A stretch of DNA of 32,124 bases, taken from Paraglomus brasilianum (Eukaryota). The DNA lies in the NCBI GenBank assembly GCA_910592345.1, contig CAJVPI010000383.1:1-32124 (forward strand), in the 5' to 3' direction. This document shows, piece by piece, positions 1 through 10,035 of this stretch. The first letter of the stretch is position 1. Each line of letters begins with the position of its first letter. Under the pieces are notes generated by a model. The model made no database searches. It was not told the DNA's origin and saw nothing but the letters and a program-made list of their open reading frames with translations. The position numbers and the translations under genes were made by a program.

Positions 1-1
1 T

Positions 2-1535
2 GAACAAGGACATGCTGGTGCACAAGCTAATCTTGGTTGGTGTTATGATAATGGAACTGGAGTAGAAAAAGATGAACAAAAGGCAGTTAAATGGTATCAA
101 AAGGCAGCTGAACATGGTCATTCTCATGCACAATCTAATCTTGGTTTGTGTTATTATTCTGGAACTGGAATAGAAAAAGATGAACAAAAAGCAGTTGAAT
201 GGTATCAACAGGCAGCTGAACAAGGATTTGCTGAAGCACAGCATAATCTTGGTGTGTGTTATCATCTTGGAACTGGAGTAGAGAAAGATGAACAAAAGGC
301 AGTTGGGTGGTACCAAAAGGCAGCTGAACAAGGATATGCTCAAGCACAATCTAATCTTGGTGTGTGTTATCATTTTGGAACTGGAGTAGAACAAGATAAA
401 CAAAAGGCAGTTGAATGGTATAATAAAGCTGCTGAACAAGGATATACTAAAGCACAATATAATCTTGGTGTGTGTTATCAGTATGGAGTTGGAGTAGAGA
501 AAGATGAACAAAAGGCAGTTGAGTGGTATCAGAAAGCAGCTGAAAAATATATTCAAGCACAAGATCATCTTGGTGTGTGTTATCAGCATGGACTTGGTGT
601 AGAAAAAGATGAACAAAAGGCAGTTGAATGGTATCAAAAGGCAGCTGAACAAAAATGTGCTCAAGCACAAAATAATCTTGGTGTGTGTTATCAGTATGGG
701 ATTGGAGTAGAGAGAGATGAAGAAAAGGCAGTTGTGTGGTATAAAAAAGCAATTGAACAAGGATATGCTCATGCACAACATAATCTTGGTGTGTGTTATC
801 AACATGGAACTGGTTTAGAAAAAGATGAACAAAAGGCAGTTGAATGGTATCAAAGAGCAGCTGAACAAGAATATGCTAAAGCACAATATAATCTTGGTAT
901 ATGTTATGAGCATGGAACTGGAGTAGAAAAAGATGAACAAAAGGCAATTGAATGGTATAAAAAAGCTGCTGAACAAGGATATGTTTCTGCACAATTTAAT
1001 CTTGGTCAGTGTTATGATAATGGAATTGGAGTAGAGAAAGATGGAAAAAAAGCAGTTGAATGGTATAAAAAAGCTGCTGAACAAGGATATGCTCATGCAC
1101 AAAATAATCTTGGTAATTTATATAGGAAAGGTATTATCACAGAGCCTGATTATCAAGAAATTGTTGAATTATATCAAAGAGCTGCTGAACAAGGACATTC
1201 TTATGCACAATGTAACCTTGGTTGGTGTTATGAAAATGGACTTGGTGTTGGTAAAAATATTCAAAAGGCAGTTGAATTGTATCAAGAAGCAGTCAAGCAA
1301 AAAAATGTTTATGCATATGTTTGGTTTGGTATGTGTTGCTTAAATGGAATTGGAGTAGAAAAAGATATTCAAAAAGCTATTGAATTGTACCAAAAGGCAG
1401 CTGAGCAAGGGCATGCATATGGGCAATATAACCTTGGTTGGTGCTATGAGAAGGGAGTTGGGGTAAAACAAGATGAACAGAAAGCTCTTGAATTGTATCA
1501 AAAAGCTGCTGAGCAAGGATATGATAAGGCACAAA
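2..1535 (+). repeat. 108-bp tandem coding repeat (Sel1 units)
   Basis: Near-identical DNA blocks such as AATCTTGGTGTGTGTTAT and AAAGATGAACAAAAGGCAGTT recur about every 108 nt. One unit near 545 is 3 nt shorter (AAEKYIQAQ). Confidence 0.9.
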
Positions 1536-1627
1536 ATAAGGTTTATTATTTTAGTTTTTATGATAGCTCTGAACTAAGAAAGTATGTTCAAAAATTTATT
1601 AAGGTTTATCAAGTAGGAGAGAAATAA
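2..1627 (+). CDS. Sel1-like repeat (SLR) protein, 3' part; 5' end lies outside the window
   Basis: The frame is open from base 2 (EQGHAGAQANLGWCYDNGTGVEKDEQKAVKWYQKAA...), upstream of the listed TTG start at 146, to TAA at 1625-1627. It has about 14 full 36-aa units matching the Sel1 consensus AQxxLGxCYxxGxGVxKDxxKAxxWYxKAAEQG, plus a short C-terminal tail. No intron is needed. Confidence 0.95.
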   Translation, partial: EQGHAGAQANLGWCYDNGTGVEKDEQKAVKWYQKAAEHGHSHAQSNLGLCYYSGTGIEKDEQKAVEWYQQAAEQGFAEAQHNLGVCYHLGTGVEKDEQKAVGWYQKAAEQGYAQAQSNLGVCYHFGTGVEQDKQKAVEWYNKAAEQGYTKAQYNLGVCYQYGVGVEKDEQKAVEWYQKAAEKYIQAQDHLGVCYQHGLGVEKDEQKAVEWYQKAAEQKCAQAQNNLGVCYQYGIGVERDEEKAVVWYKKAIEQGYAHAQHNLGVCYQHGTGLEKDEQKAVEWYQRAAEQEYAKAQYNLGICYEHGTGVEKDEQKAIEWYKKAAEQGYVSAQFNLGQCYDNGIGVEKDGKKAVEWYKKAAEQGYAHAQNNLGNLYRKGIITEPDYQEIVELYQRAAEQGHSYAQCNLGWCYENGLGVGKNIQKAVELYQEAVKQKNVYAYVWFGMCCLNGIGVEKDIQKAIELYQKAAEQGHAYGQYNLGWCYEKGVGVKQDEQKALELYQKAAEQGYDKAQNKVYYFSFYDSSELRKYVQKFIKVYQVGEK

Positions 1628-1872
1628 AATTAGATGGAGAATTTTAGTACACAGCATTTGTCTTTATAGTTAAATAATGTTAATAAATAAGCAGGGTATT
1701 AAATGGCAAATTTATATTACAAGCAATCCTAAGAATGATGACTAATTTTTTGTCTGGGATATTAACCTGTTTAACTTGTTATTTTTATTTATATTTACAA
1801 TAATCTGTCTTTCTACGGTGGACAAGTTTCCATGGATTTTGTGCAAACCTGAAAATTTATTGTGCCAATTAG

Positions 1873-1913
1873 TTTTTTTTTTTGTTTTTTTTTTTGTTTT
1901 TTTTTTTTTTTTT
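1873..1913. repeat. Poly-T tract interrupted by two G bases
   Basis: About 41 nt of T with G at two positions, read directly. Confidence 0.9.
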
Positions 1914-4900
1914 GCAAGGTGGCTGCGTTTTCCTCACTGCAATGATAGAGCATTGTATTGCAATGCTGCATGATTATATATGGGATATGTCTAATAGTGT
2001 TATAACTTGGTGGGGCTAAAAAAAGGCAGCCCCTACCCCATGAACTTAAACATGTAGTTATATATTAAACCATTCGTTAAAGTTTCTAAGAATGGTCTGT
2101 GCCTTTATTCTTTGCCAAGACTACTATCTCAACCAAAAGCTAATCTCTGTGTGTAATTCCGACAGTGTTACAAGGAATATTCAATCAAAGACGTCAGATT
2201 GTCCGAATATATCGAACACGCATGACATCAATAATTGCACAATCAGTAAATAGTTCACTAGTAAGATATCCGCGTGCGATACAAACTGACATCGTGAATA
2301 GTTATATAAGCGCAACTTTTTGTTGGATTCGGTGTGTTCAGATACTTTCGATTTTTTTATTGTTATATTTATTATTAGTTTTTATACCTGAAATACACAA
2401 TCAATAATTTATTCCTGAGAAACACTAATGCCTATATCGATTAGGAATATTCGCTTCTTGTTCTGTGAGTATTCTAGTGGTATTTACAATAATTATTTGT
2501 TGGCGGAGAAACGCGTTTGATATAACTGTAAACTCACCCCAACCTATATTCGACGACGAATATTTATCTACAATTAATGTCTACCGATTGACATTAGGTC
2601 GTGAGTAGTAAAGTCTGGTTTAAAGATCACTAACTGCTATTATATTTAACTAGAGTAGGAGAAGCCACAACTCCGCTCAAAAGATAGCTAATTCCTAGAG
2701 TCGACGATCGATTGCCCTCCCGCAATTGTTGATTCAACATTGTCAAAGTTAATTGTTGCATTCTGGCATTCAAAACCTTAGCGCATGCTAACGTTTCATC
2801 TATCAAAATTTTTTTCTAACATAAACATTCTATATTTGTTATAAAATTATCATTTTCAATGTTTGGTAGACTATTGAGGCCAGAAGTTCAAATATTATCT
2901 TATCTAACTAGCTTTTCTCCTTTCTGTGATGACAACTCTGGCATGGGTGCTTGATTTGCTTCTTTCAGATATTTTAGGTAAGGTCTCTGGTACATTTGAA
3001 GAATTCGTTTTTATTTTGTTGTTCCAAGAGCCATTAATTCAATAAATTCTTGAGAAATTATCTGTTCCGAAATAGATAAAGGAATAATCATGATGAGTTG
3101 TGCATAAGTGTTTCCATAGAATAAGATCTATTTATGAAGGCCAAACAAGAAAAAATCCAGTTATTAATCTCTACATAAATATAGTAAAGCCTAGTTTTTA
3201 TTTTCAACATACTAAAGACATAACTGGATATTTGTTCAGCAACACTCTAAATTATACTGAACTGAAATGACTAACGCGAGTTATGCCTGACCCATATAAG
3301 TGAAACCTTATATATCGAAAGATCAATTTCAACATTGAACTGAGACACGTCACGAACAATCTGCACCGCACGCACACTATATTTAGCAGCATGGCTAACG
3401 AGGGACCCAAACAAAGCGAAAAAAAAAAACAGTGACATTTGCACGTTTCTCGACAACTCCTCTTCATAAAATGATGCTTCAATAGTGACTGATTGAACGA
3501 TGATCAAATAAGTGTAATCTTTTTCTGATAACAATAAAAAATAGCGATTTAGGAAGCATAAATTTTTATGCCTGTGTGTGATACTTAACATTTGAGCAAG
3601 CCTCTGCGAGTGTACAATAAGTTATAATCTTTTCAGCACGGAATACATCAAATGCTTTACAACAACAATGACTGCCCGATTCTCATTTTTTTTAAATATA
3701 ATTTGACATGTCCTCCTGAAATCGTTTATGAATTTCAGTTGATGTCTATGATCTTCCAGATTTACCAAGCAAATAGAAAATATGTGCTTGATTATATTGT
3801 GCCGATTTAAAACGTTACATTATAATACAAAAGCGTTTGAGGATAAGCTGGTATCTAAAAGTGGTTTTCTATCAATTTCTGCTCCCAAGTCCAGACATCT
3901 CATCCAGTGGAGGTAAACAGGTATCACGTTCTTAACTCTGATATTCCTGAGTGGTTCTGCCCTAATAACGGTGCCGTAATTTGGAATGTGTTCATATTCA
4001 GTTAATTATTTGGACAAAATGTTACACGAACGATGCGAATAATTTGTTGCTATTGCACCCAAATAAATATTATTTGTGAATTCGGGATTGACGATTTGTT
4101 CTTAATAAATTATTTGTGAAGATTTCTTTTTAGTGAAGCTATCTACTTGTGTCTGCGGGCAAACTGTAATATAATATTACTTTTTCATATACACTGAGTA
4201 TGAGTAATGCGCATAAGTTTGTAGCAGCAGCAACTCAGAAAAATTAAGTGACGTTTTGAGTGTGACACGTTCAAAGCGGCAGTAGACTAAGGATTTTCTG
4301 TCATGTGGACAATGACACACATTTATTGTGGCAAATTAGAAACCGAATTGTGTTTAAAAAGCTTTGTGACATAAAATATTTCCTGAGCGTATAATAAAGT
4401 GTTTGTTCTGTATACTGCATATCAATGAATTCAGGCTACTGTAATATCGATCTAACGCTTTATTTTACCCGATTTTGTTTAATCTGTCAAATTCGTTATC
4501 AGTAAGAACGCTTAAGAAAACATTCAATTCACATTATATAATGTATTTGTTTTCAAGACTAAGCGAGTTGACAAAGAATACCGTAAACTTTTGCTGAGAA
4601 CGCAGATAAGACGCTTGTTTGTAGGGTATTATAATAATATTGTCTAGCTATAATGTGCTGTATGATATTTGGAAGTGTCCGCAGTGCTTCGATTAAACTT
4701 GTGAGGTCTGTTTATAATTAAATTCACTTCAATTGATAAGAGTAAATGCAATTAGACGTCGCTGGCTGTTACGATAAACCTGATATCCATTAAAGAGCGA
4801 GTGTGGTGTTGGATGCATCAAAGCACCAATTTCCCAATGAAATTAATCTGTGAGTGACCAAATCGACATTTGTTAAAATTAATATCAAAGCCAAATACTA

Positions 4901-5089
4901 CGGCGATGCATCAACGTACTGTATTCTTACATTTGAAAATTTTTATTAATTCGACCCGTATCGACACACTGTCAGTGACTTGTTTTTACGTAAAATATCA
5001 TTGACTATATGAATAAGTGCTATGATAAGTATAAAAACTGTATTTAATTAAATAAACAGTAAGTTACAAGCTAAAATAATGGTTGTTTA

Positions 5090-7497
5090 CTTCCCCTAGC
5101 TCTGTTTCTGAACTCGGCAAGCTGAGATCTAGTAAGGGAGGCAACTGGTGGGTAAGAGCGTACTAGAATATTTACTCTCCTTCTCAAGACGTGATAAGGG
5201 TTTTACATCATTATGATAAACGGTATTCCACGTGCTGTCATACTTGTCAATCTTGTCAATAAGCCTGCTAATATTACCCCAAAGTGTGTCTGCATCCGGA
5301 CGCTTATCAGGATCAGCATCACAACACCGCTCGGCAAGCTTCTTGTATCCTTCTGGTGTGGAATCAGGTATTGATGGTCGTAGTCCGCCCATAATGTTGC
5401 ATACTAAATCTCTATCGAACTGCCTGTCTCTAAAAGGTGGTTCGCCAGTAGCAATCAAATACATAATGATACCAAAAGAATACACGTCTGATTTCTGAGT
5501 AAATTTGCATGTATGGAAGACTTCCGGTGCAATAAAGGGTAAAACGCCTCGAATGGTTGAGTTTGACTCGCGTGAATTCACTGATCGTGAGAGCATATCA
5601 ATGGAAATGTACCGCTCAAAACTATGTTTCCGCCATGAAGATCACAATGCACTAATCCTGCACGATGAATATTATACAATATCCCTCAAATACTCTAATT
5701 TCATCTTCCACGTCAATTTATTAATATTTTGACAAAAGACTACCATTGTTAGCATATTGCATAACAATCATGTACTCTTTTGTTTCTGGTCTTGTGTGAC
5801 TCCATAAATTTTAAGGAATGAATAATCACTAGCGCACTTGACATGATTTCTGAACTATTAAATAAAAACAAATACAGTGTCAGATTAAATATCACTTTAA
5901 TTAATGTTAATACTACCAATTATTGCTTACCTCGGAAATAAATAATTCCGGCGTTTCATCAAAACTCTCAAACTGTTTGAGTACAACAGTTTGTGGCATA
6001 TCCTCTTCGACCGAATATTTTATATATTCGGCAATATAAACTGTTCCATAACCTCCAGATCCAATTTTCTTGATTTCGTCAAAGTCGTTGTACTGCATAT
6101 GTCTTATACGCGTGTAATTTTGTCCAATATTGCATGCACGTCATAGCAAAAAACTAAGTAATATTCCCGAATAGATGGCTTCTGAGTGATTCCAATTATC
6201 CAAATATTCTCGGGTGTTAGTATCGCCGGATATTCGTTGGTTAGCTATTTGAGTAAACAAATACAGTCGTTACAACAATAATCTGCTTGATACACACGTC
6301 AATAATACTATTTGCATTTTACACATGAAATAATTTACCTGATGAAAATCAAATGACTGATCATCTACGTCCCCTTCGCCAACTATCTTTTTGAGTGTCA
6401 CACGTGTCAATTCATTTGTTGTCCATTCTGATATATGTGTGCACCCATGGCGTAATGATGGCATCTCTTGCATGTTTGTCAATAGTGAATATTCAATCCA
6501 TTGTATATACGCATCATATACGTTCTCCACATTACTCCATGATCCATAATAAATGAACCCAATGACTTGTTGCTCATAGTCCAATCAAGACGTCGTGGTG
6601 ATTTACATTCATAACAGAATGCGTTTATCCTGGGTCCTAACAGACTTATACACGCCAGACAAAATCCATACCCAAAACGTTCTTTTATGAGATAATACTT
6701 TTGCATCATATGTGAATCCGATGGCAACCCAAACATCCGTGGTAAGCATATCGATACATAAAGGTCAATAATATTTAAACTATTCAATAAACATAACGCA
6801 TAAGTAAATAGTTTACCTCGGCATAATATAAATCATGTGCCTCGTCTGTTATCTCAAGTGAATCAATTAACATATCGATCAGTAGTAGGTAGACCATCCA
6901 AGTATACATATTTTTCTTCCTTAGCGTTAATACAATCGTATGGAATCCATTCCAAATAGGCGTGATTGGCTGAGTTTGTTTGTAATTGAGATTCTTAATA
7001 AACTCGTCGAGTTGCTTATTGTTGCTAGTCCATCCATCGGATAATTGTTTATGTCCACAATGCACCACACGGGACTACATATCCAGAATAACAGTGGTAA
7101 AACTTTCTATCAGCAACCATATAATGCTTATCGTCATACTCGGTAAAACTCTTTATGAGTTTGTTGCGCTCCTTAAGCCATTTGGAATATCGTCTATATT
7201 GCCTAATATCATCACTGTACTTGCGTGTTGGAAGTGAGTATATTCTAGCAAATGTACTCATAGAGGTTGGTGTACATGCTTCGCTGTTTCCAATCCATAG
7301 CAGCATTATCGGCATTTCATTCACTCTCCCATACAGTTCATGTTCGTAAATGGCGTAATAGATGTTGTCAAGTCGGCTTGACTTTATTTCGGTAATTTGC
7401 GAGTAAGGAAACCATTTAAGTTCATGTGTAATTTCTGAGGGGAGGACTGAATCAAGTCGTCGATTGCTTGATTTTGAATATCCTTAACTAACGACAT
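5090..7497 (-). pseudogene. Tyrosine-kinase-like Ser/Thr protein kinase pseudogene with tandem degenerate N-terminal modules
   Basis: ATG at 7497 (MSLVKDIQNQAIDDLI). Motifs read across shifting frames: LKWFPYSQITEIK; WTSNNKQLDEFIK/SQL...YLEWIPY; WTMSNKSL...YIQWIEY; IGSGGYGTVY; VVLK; KIYGVTQD/ETKEYMIVMQYANNGSL; LVHCDLHGGNIV; GVLPFIAPEVF; KSDVYSFGIIM; CCDADPDKRP. GT-AG introns at 6338-6245 and 5930-5855, and a donor at 6816. Many frameshifts, and the DFG/DLG segment is missing near 5597. Confidence 0.88.
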
Positions 7498-7600
7498 AGT
7501 GTTTTTGACAAACAGTTTTTCAAGCAATAATTTCAGAGAATCAATATTGTGTTACATCACACGGACCATCTTCGTATTACCGTAACTAAACTTTTGTTAT

Positions 7601-7783
7601 TACTAAGTTGGCTCTCGATATAGGAAAGTGATCGGGGCCCAACAAATTCCTTTCTTATATCGAAAATCTCTTATAACGAGAATCATTTGTTATAATATTT
7701 TAAATCGGGACCAGCAGAAATACTTTCTTATATCGAAATTTTCTTATATCGAAGGGTTCTTATATCAAGAGCTTTCACTTGTA
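7601..7783. mobile_element. MITE-like element, family A copy 1 (TA-flanked, Tc1/mariner-pogo-like ends)
   Basis: Imperfect inverted ends TACTAAGTTGGCTCTCGATATAGGAA ... TTCTTATATCAAGAGCTTTCACTTGTA, with internal TTCTTATATCGA repeats. Its reverse complement aligns by eye with 28999-29131. Confidence 0.75.
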
Positions 7784-8421
7784 TACGTTTCGTAAGAGTT
7801 AAAATAAGATGAAATGGATACAAATTTTTTATTTCATTCTACCGATGTAAACTGATAAACTTACTATCAGCGTAAACAATTGCTAGTCATCTTTCGGCAA
7901 ATGCAATAGATCAACCGAAGTGAGCCTGAAAAAACAAATTCCATCCTGACAAGTTTTAGTCTCAAGCTTGCTTCGATGCATCAGTAGCTACTCTAATATC
8001 CTACACATTTGCATATTTTTAAAGAACTTTGCAAAATTATTACTCTAGTACATTTAGTTTCTCAAAATAATTTTTTGTCCATATCATGATTGAAATTACT
8101 TATCGCATATATATTTTTTATTTATAATAGATATTATCGCTGCAAGTCGAACAATTAAGTTATCGTTGAGCGCAATCAGGTAAATTTTAAAGTTAAATAA
8201 TTATGAGCTAAAAGTGACGTGAAATATTGACCGTTTACGATCATCTATTTTTGAAACACAATGGAGCATCTCTAAAAATAGCGTATGTATCAAAAACGGA
8301 ACCTAAATTCGACTTGCCGACTATCACTCTTGATGTATTTAAAACATATCATTTTATTTTATTGACTGTTAAGTTTACATTACTGAAATAAAAAAGAAAC
8401 AATAAGAACAAAAGCTACGCG

Positions 8422-10035
8422 CTATTGTTGCTGTACGTACGTCATCATAAAACTCCCCGGTGGCGTTGGTAAAGTTGGTAAAGTTGGCGAAACCTCCCCG
8501 AAATAAGGTGGAAACATTGGCATAGGACTATAGAACATTAGCGGAGGTATGCCAACGGATTCTGCATAGATAGAGGAACAAGACTGCTGATCTGTCAGAA
8601 GGTTGGGACATTGTATATTCTTATAATATCCAAATGATCGCCAACGCATCTCGTTATGTTGGCGGTTGAGTTCGAGTTGAAAATTTCGATACTCTTGTGT
8701 AAGGCGTCTCTGAACTTTGATCTGACGTTCTAAAAACGGCTTGTTGTCCTATTTGTAGAAAACAATTGCTATTAGTGTAGACAAACCGCGCATCTAGAAC
8801 GTACATAAACAATTATCGTGCTAAAAGTTGTATCGATTTTACCTCGTGAATTATGGCTGCCTCAGCTGATAACACATCGCTGTATTTGATAAATGCGTAA
8901 GCTGGTATTCTTTGTTTCTTGCCACGGTTGACTAAATGAAGATCTTCAATTTTTCCATGCTGGTCAAATTTTTCGTATAATATTTTTTTCGTTACAAGTT
9001 TTTCGTTCAAGTTTCCGATGTATATCGAATGTCTGTCTTCTTCCTCTTCTTCAGATAGAGGTTTCTCGAGATTTTCTACCCATTCGAGAAAATAATTGCT
9101 TGTTTGACGAAGAGTCTAAGCGAGTAGACAACTAAAATTAACTAAACCCGTGGAAGAACAGAATTCGACATTTGATGACTTACGTTAAATGCATTAATAG
9201 CATCGTCCCTATAACAAAATTTAACAAAACCGCCTCCCTTTTTACGACCCGTAACAAAATTTTTTGGTACATTGATTTCTTCGAGTGGACCGAATGGCTC
9301 GAATATGCTCCTAATCTCCTCTTCAACGCGATTCGGATGCAACCTTGTTATAAAAAGGGTCCTATTTACTCGGGCTTTCTCCACCCTAATTCGTCGATTT
9401 TCGATCCATGAGCCATGAGCTTCTTTTAAGGCAACATCTGCATCATTGACATTCTATTGCGTTAGCCGGAAGTAAGGGTTGGGGGGGGAAGATACAGTCA
9501 GTTTGTACTATAATTATATAGCTATCCGTAGTAATAGTTAGTTACATTACCTCATATTGTACAAACGAGTAAGGACGATTTGCCCAATCCCTGAGAACTT
9601 TAACACAAAGAAGTTGGCCCCATTGCGAGAAATGCTTACCCACGATTTGTTGAAGATGTTCTTTAGATTTCGTGGCATCCAAACTTAATAGATAACAAAA
9701 TATTTTACAAGTTGACGTAAAAATTAAGCGAGAAAGGGGGCGACTGCGCTTATAATAAATTCCATCATACCTTGCAACAAACAAGCATCCTGCAGGTAAC
9801 GCTCGCTTCTCGCCGCTATACGTGCATTCAGCAAGCTCTTGTTGTTTATTGATAGAAGTATCAATATCATCGGTGATACACTCGTTTGTCTGCACTCGAA
9901 TAAATGCGGTTAGTATAATAATCACGATGTTATCAGCGAATACAGTATCAATAGATAGTATTTATGGCGGTGAAGCCCAACTTGATAGAATAGGCTCTGA
10001 TCAGTTCAAATCATTAGTATTATTACCTTGCCCAT
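8422..10035 (-). CDS. RIM4: Three-RRM RNA-binding protein, Rim4/Msa1-like (~376 aa)
   Basis: Exons complement(10027-10035, 9771-9889, 9551-9683, 9184-9453, 8843-9115, 8422-8748). All introns are GT-AG and phase-consistent. Spliced: ...ALPAGCLFVASLDAT...FSQWGQLLCVKVLRDWANRPYSFVQYENVNDADVAL...RRIRVEKARVNRTLFI...GGGFVKF...SIYIGNL...AYAFIKY. RRM1 matches my recollection of yeast Rim4 (CIFVASL, VKVLRD..NRPYAFVQY, AKVNRTL). The 9-nt first exon is the least certain part. Confidence 0.85.

Noticed and set aside
135..1534. Antisense and alternate-frame ORFs over the Sel1 array
   Set aside because: Shadows of the 108-bp coding repeat with no independent protein signal.
2860..3600. CpG-poor stretch and short minus-strand ORFs that might be a gene or transposon remnant
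   Set aside because: Translations contain stops and no motif I can recognise.
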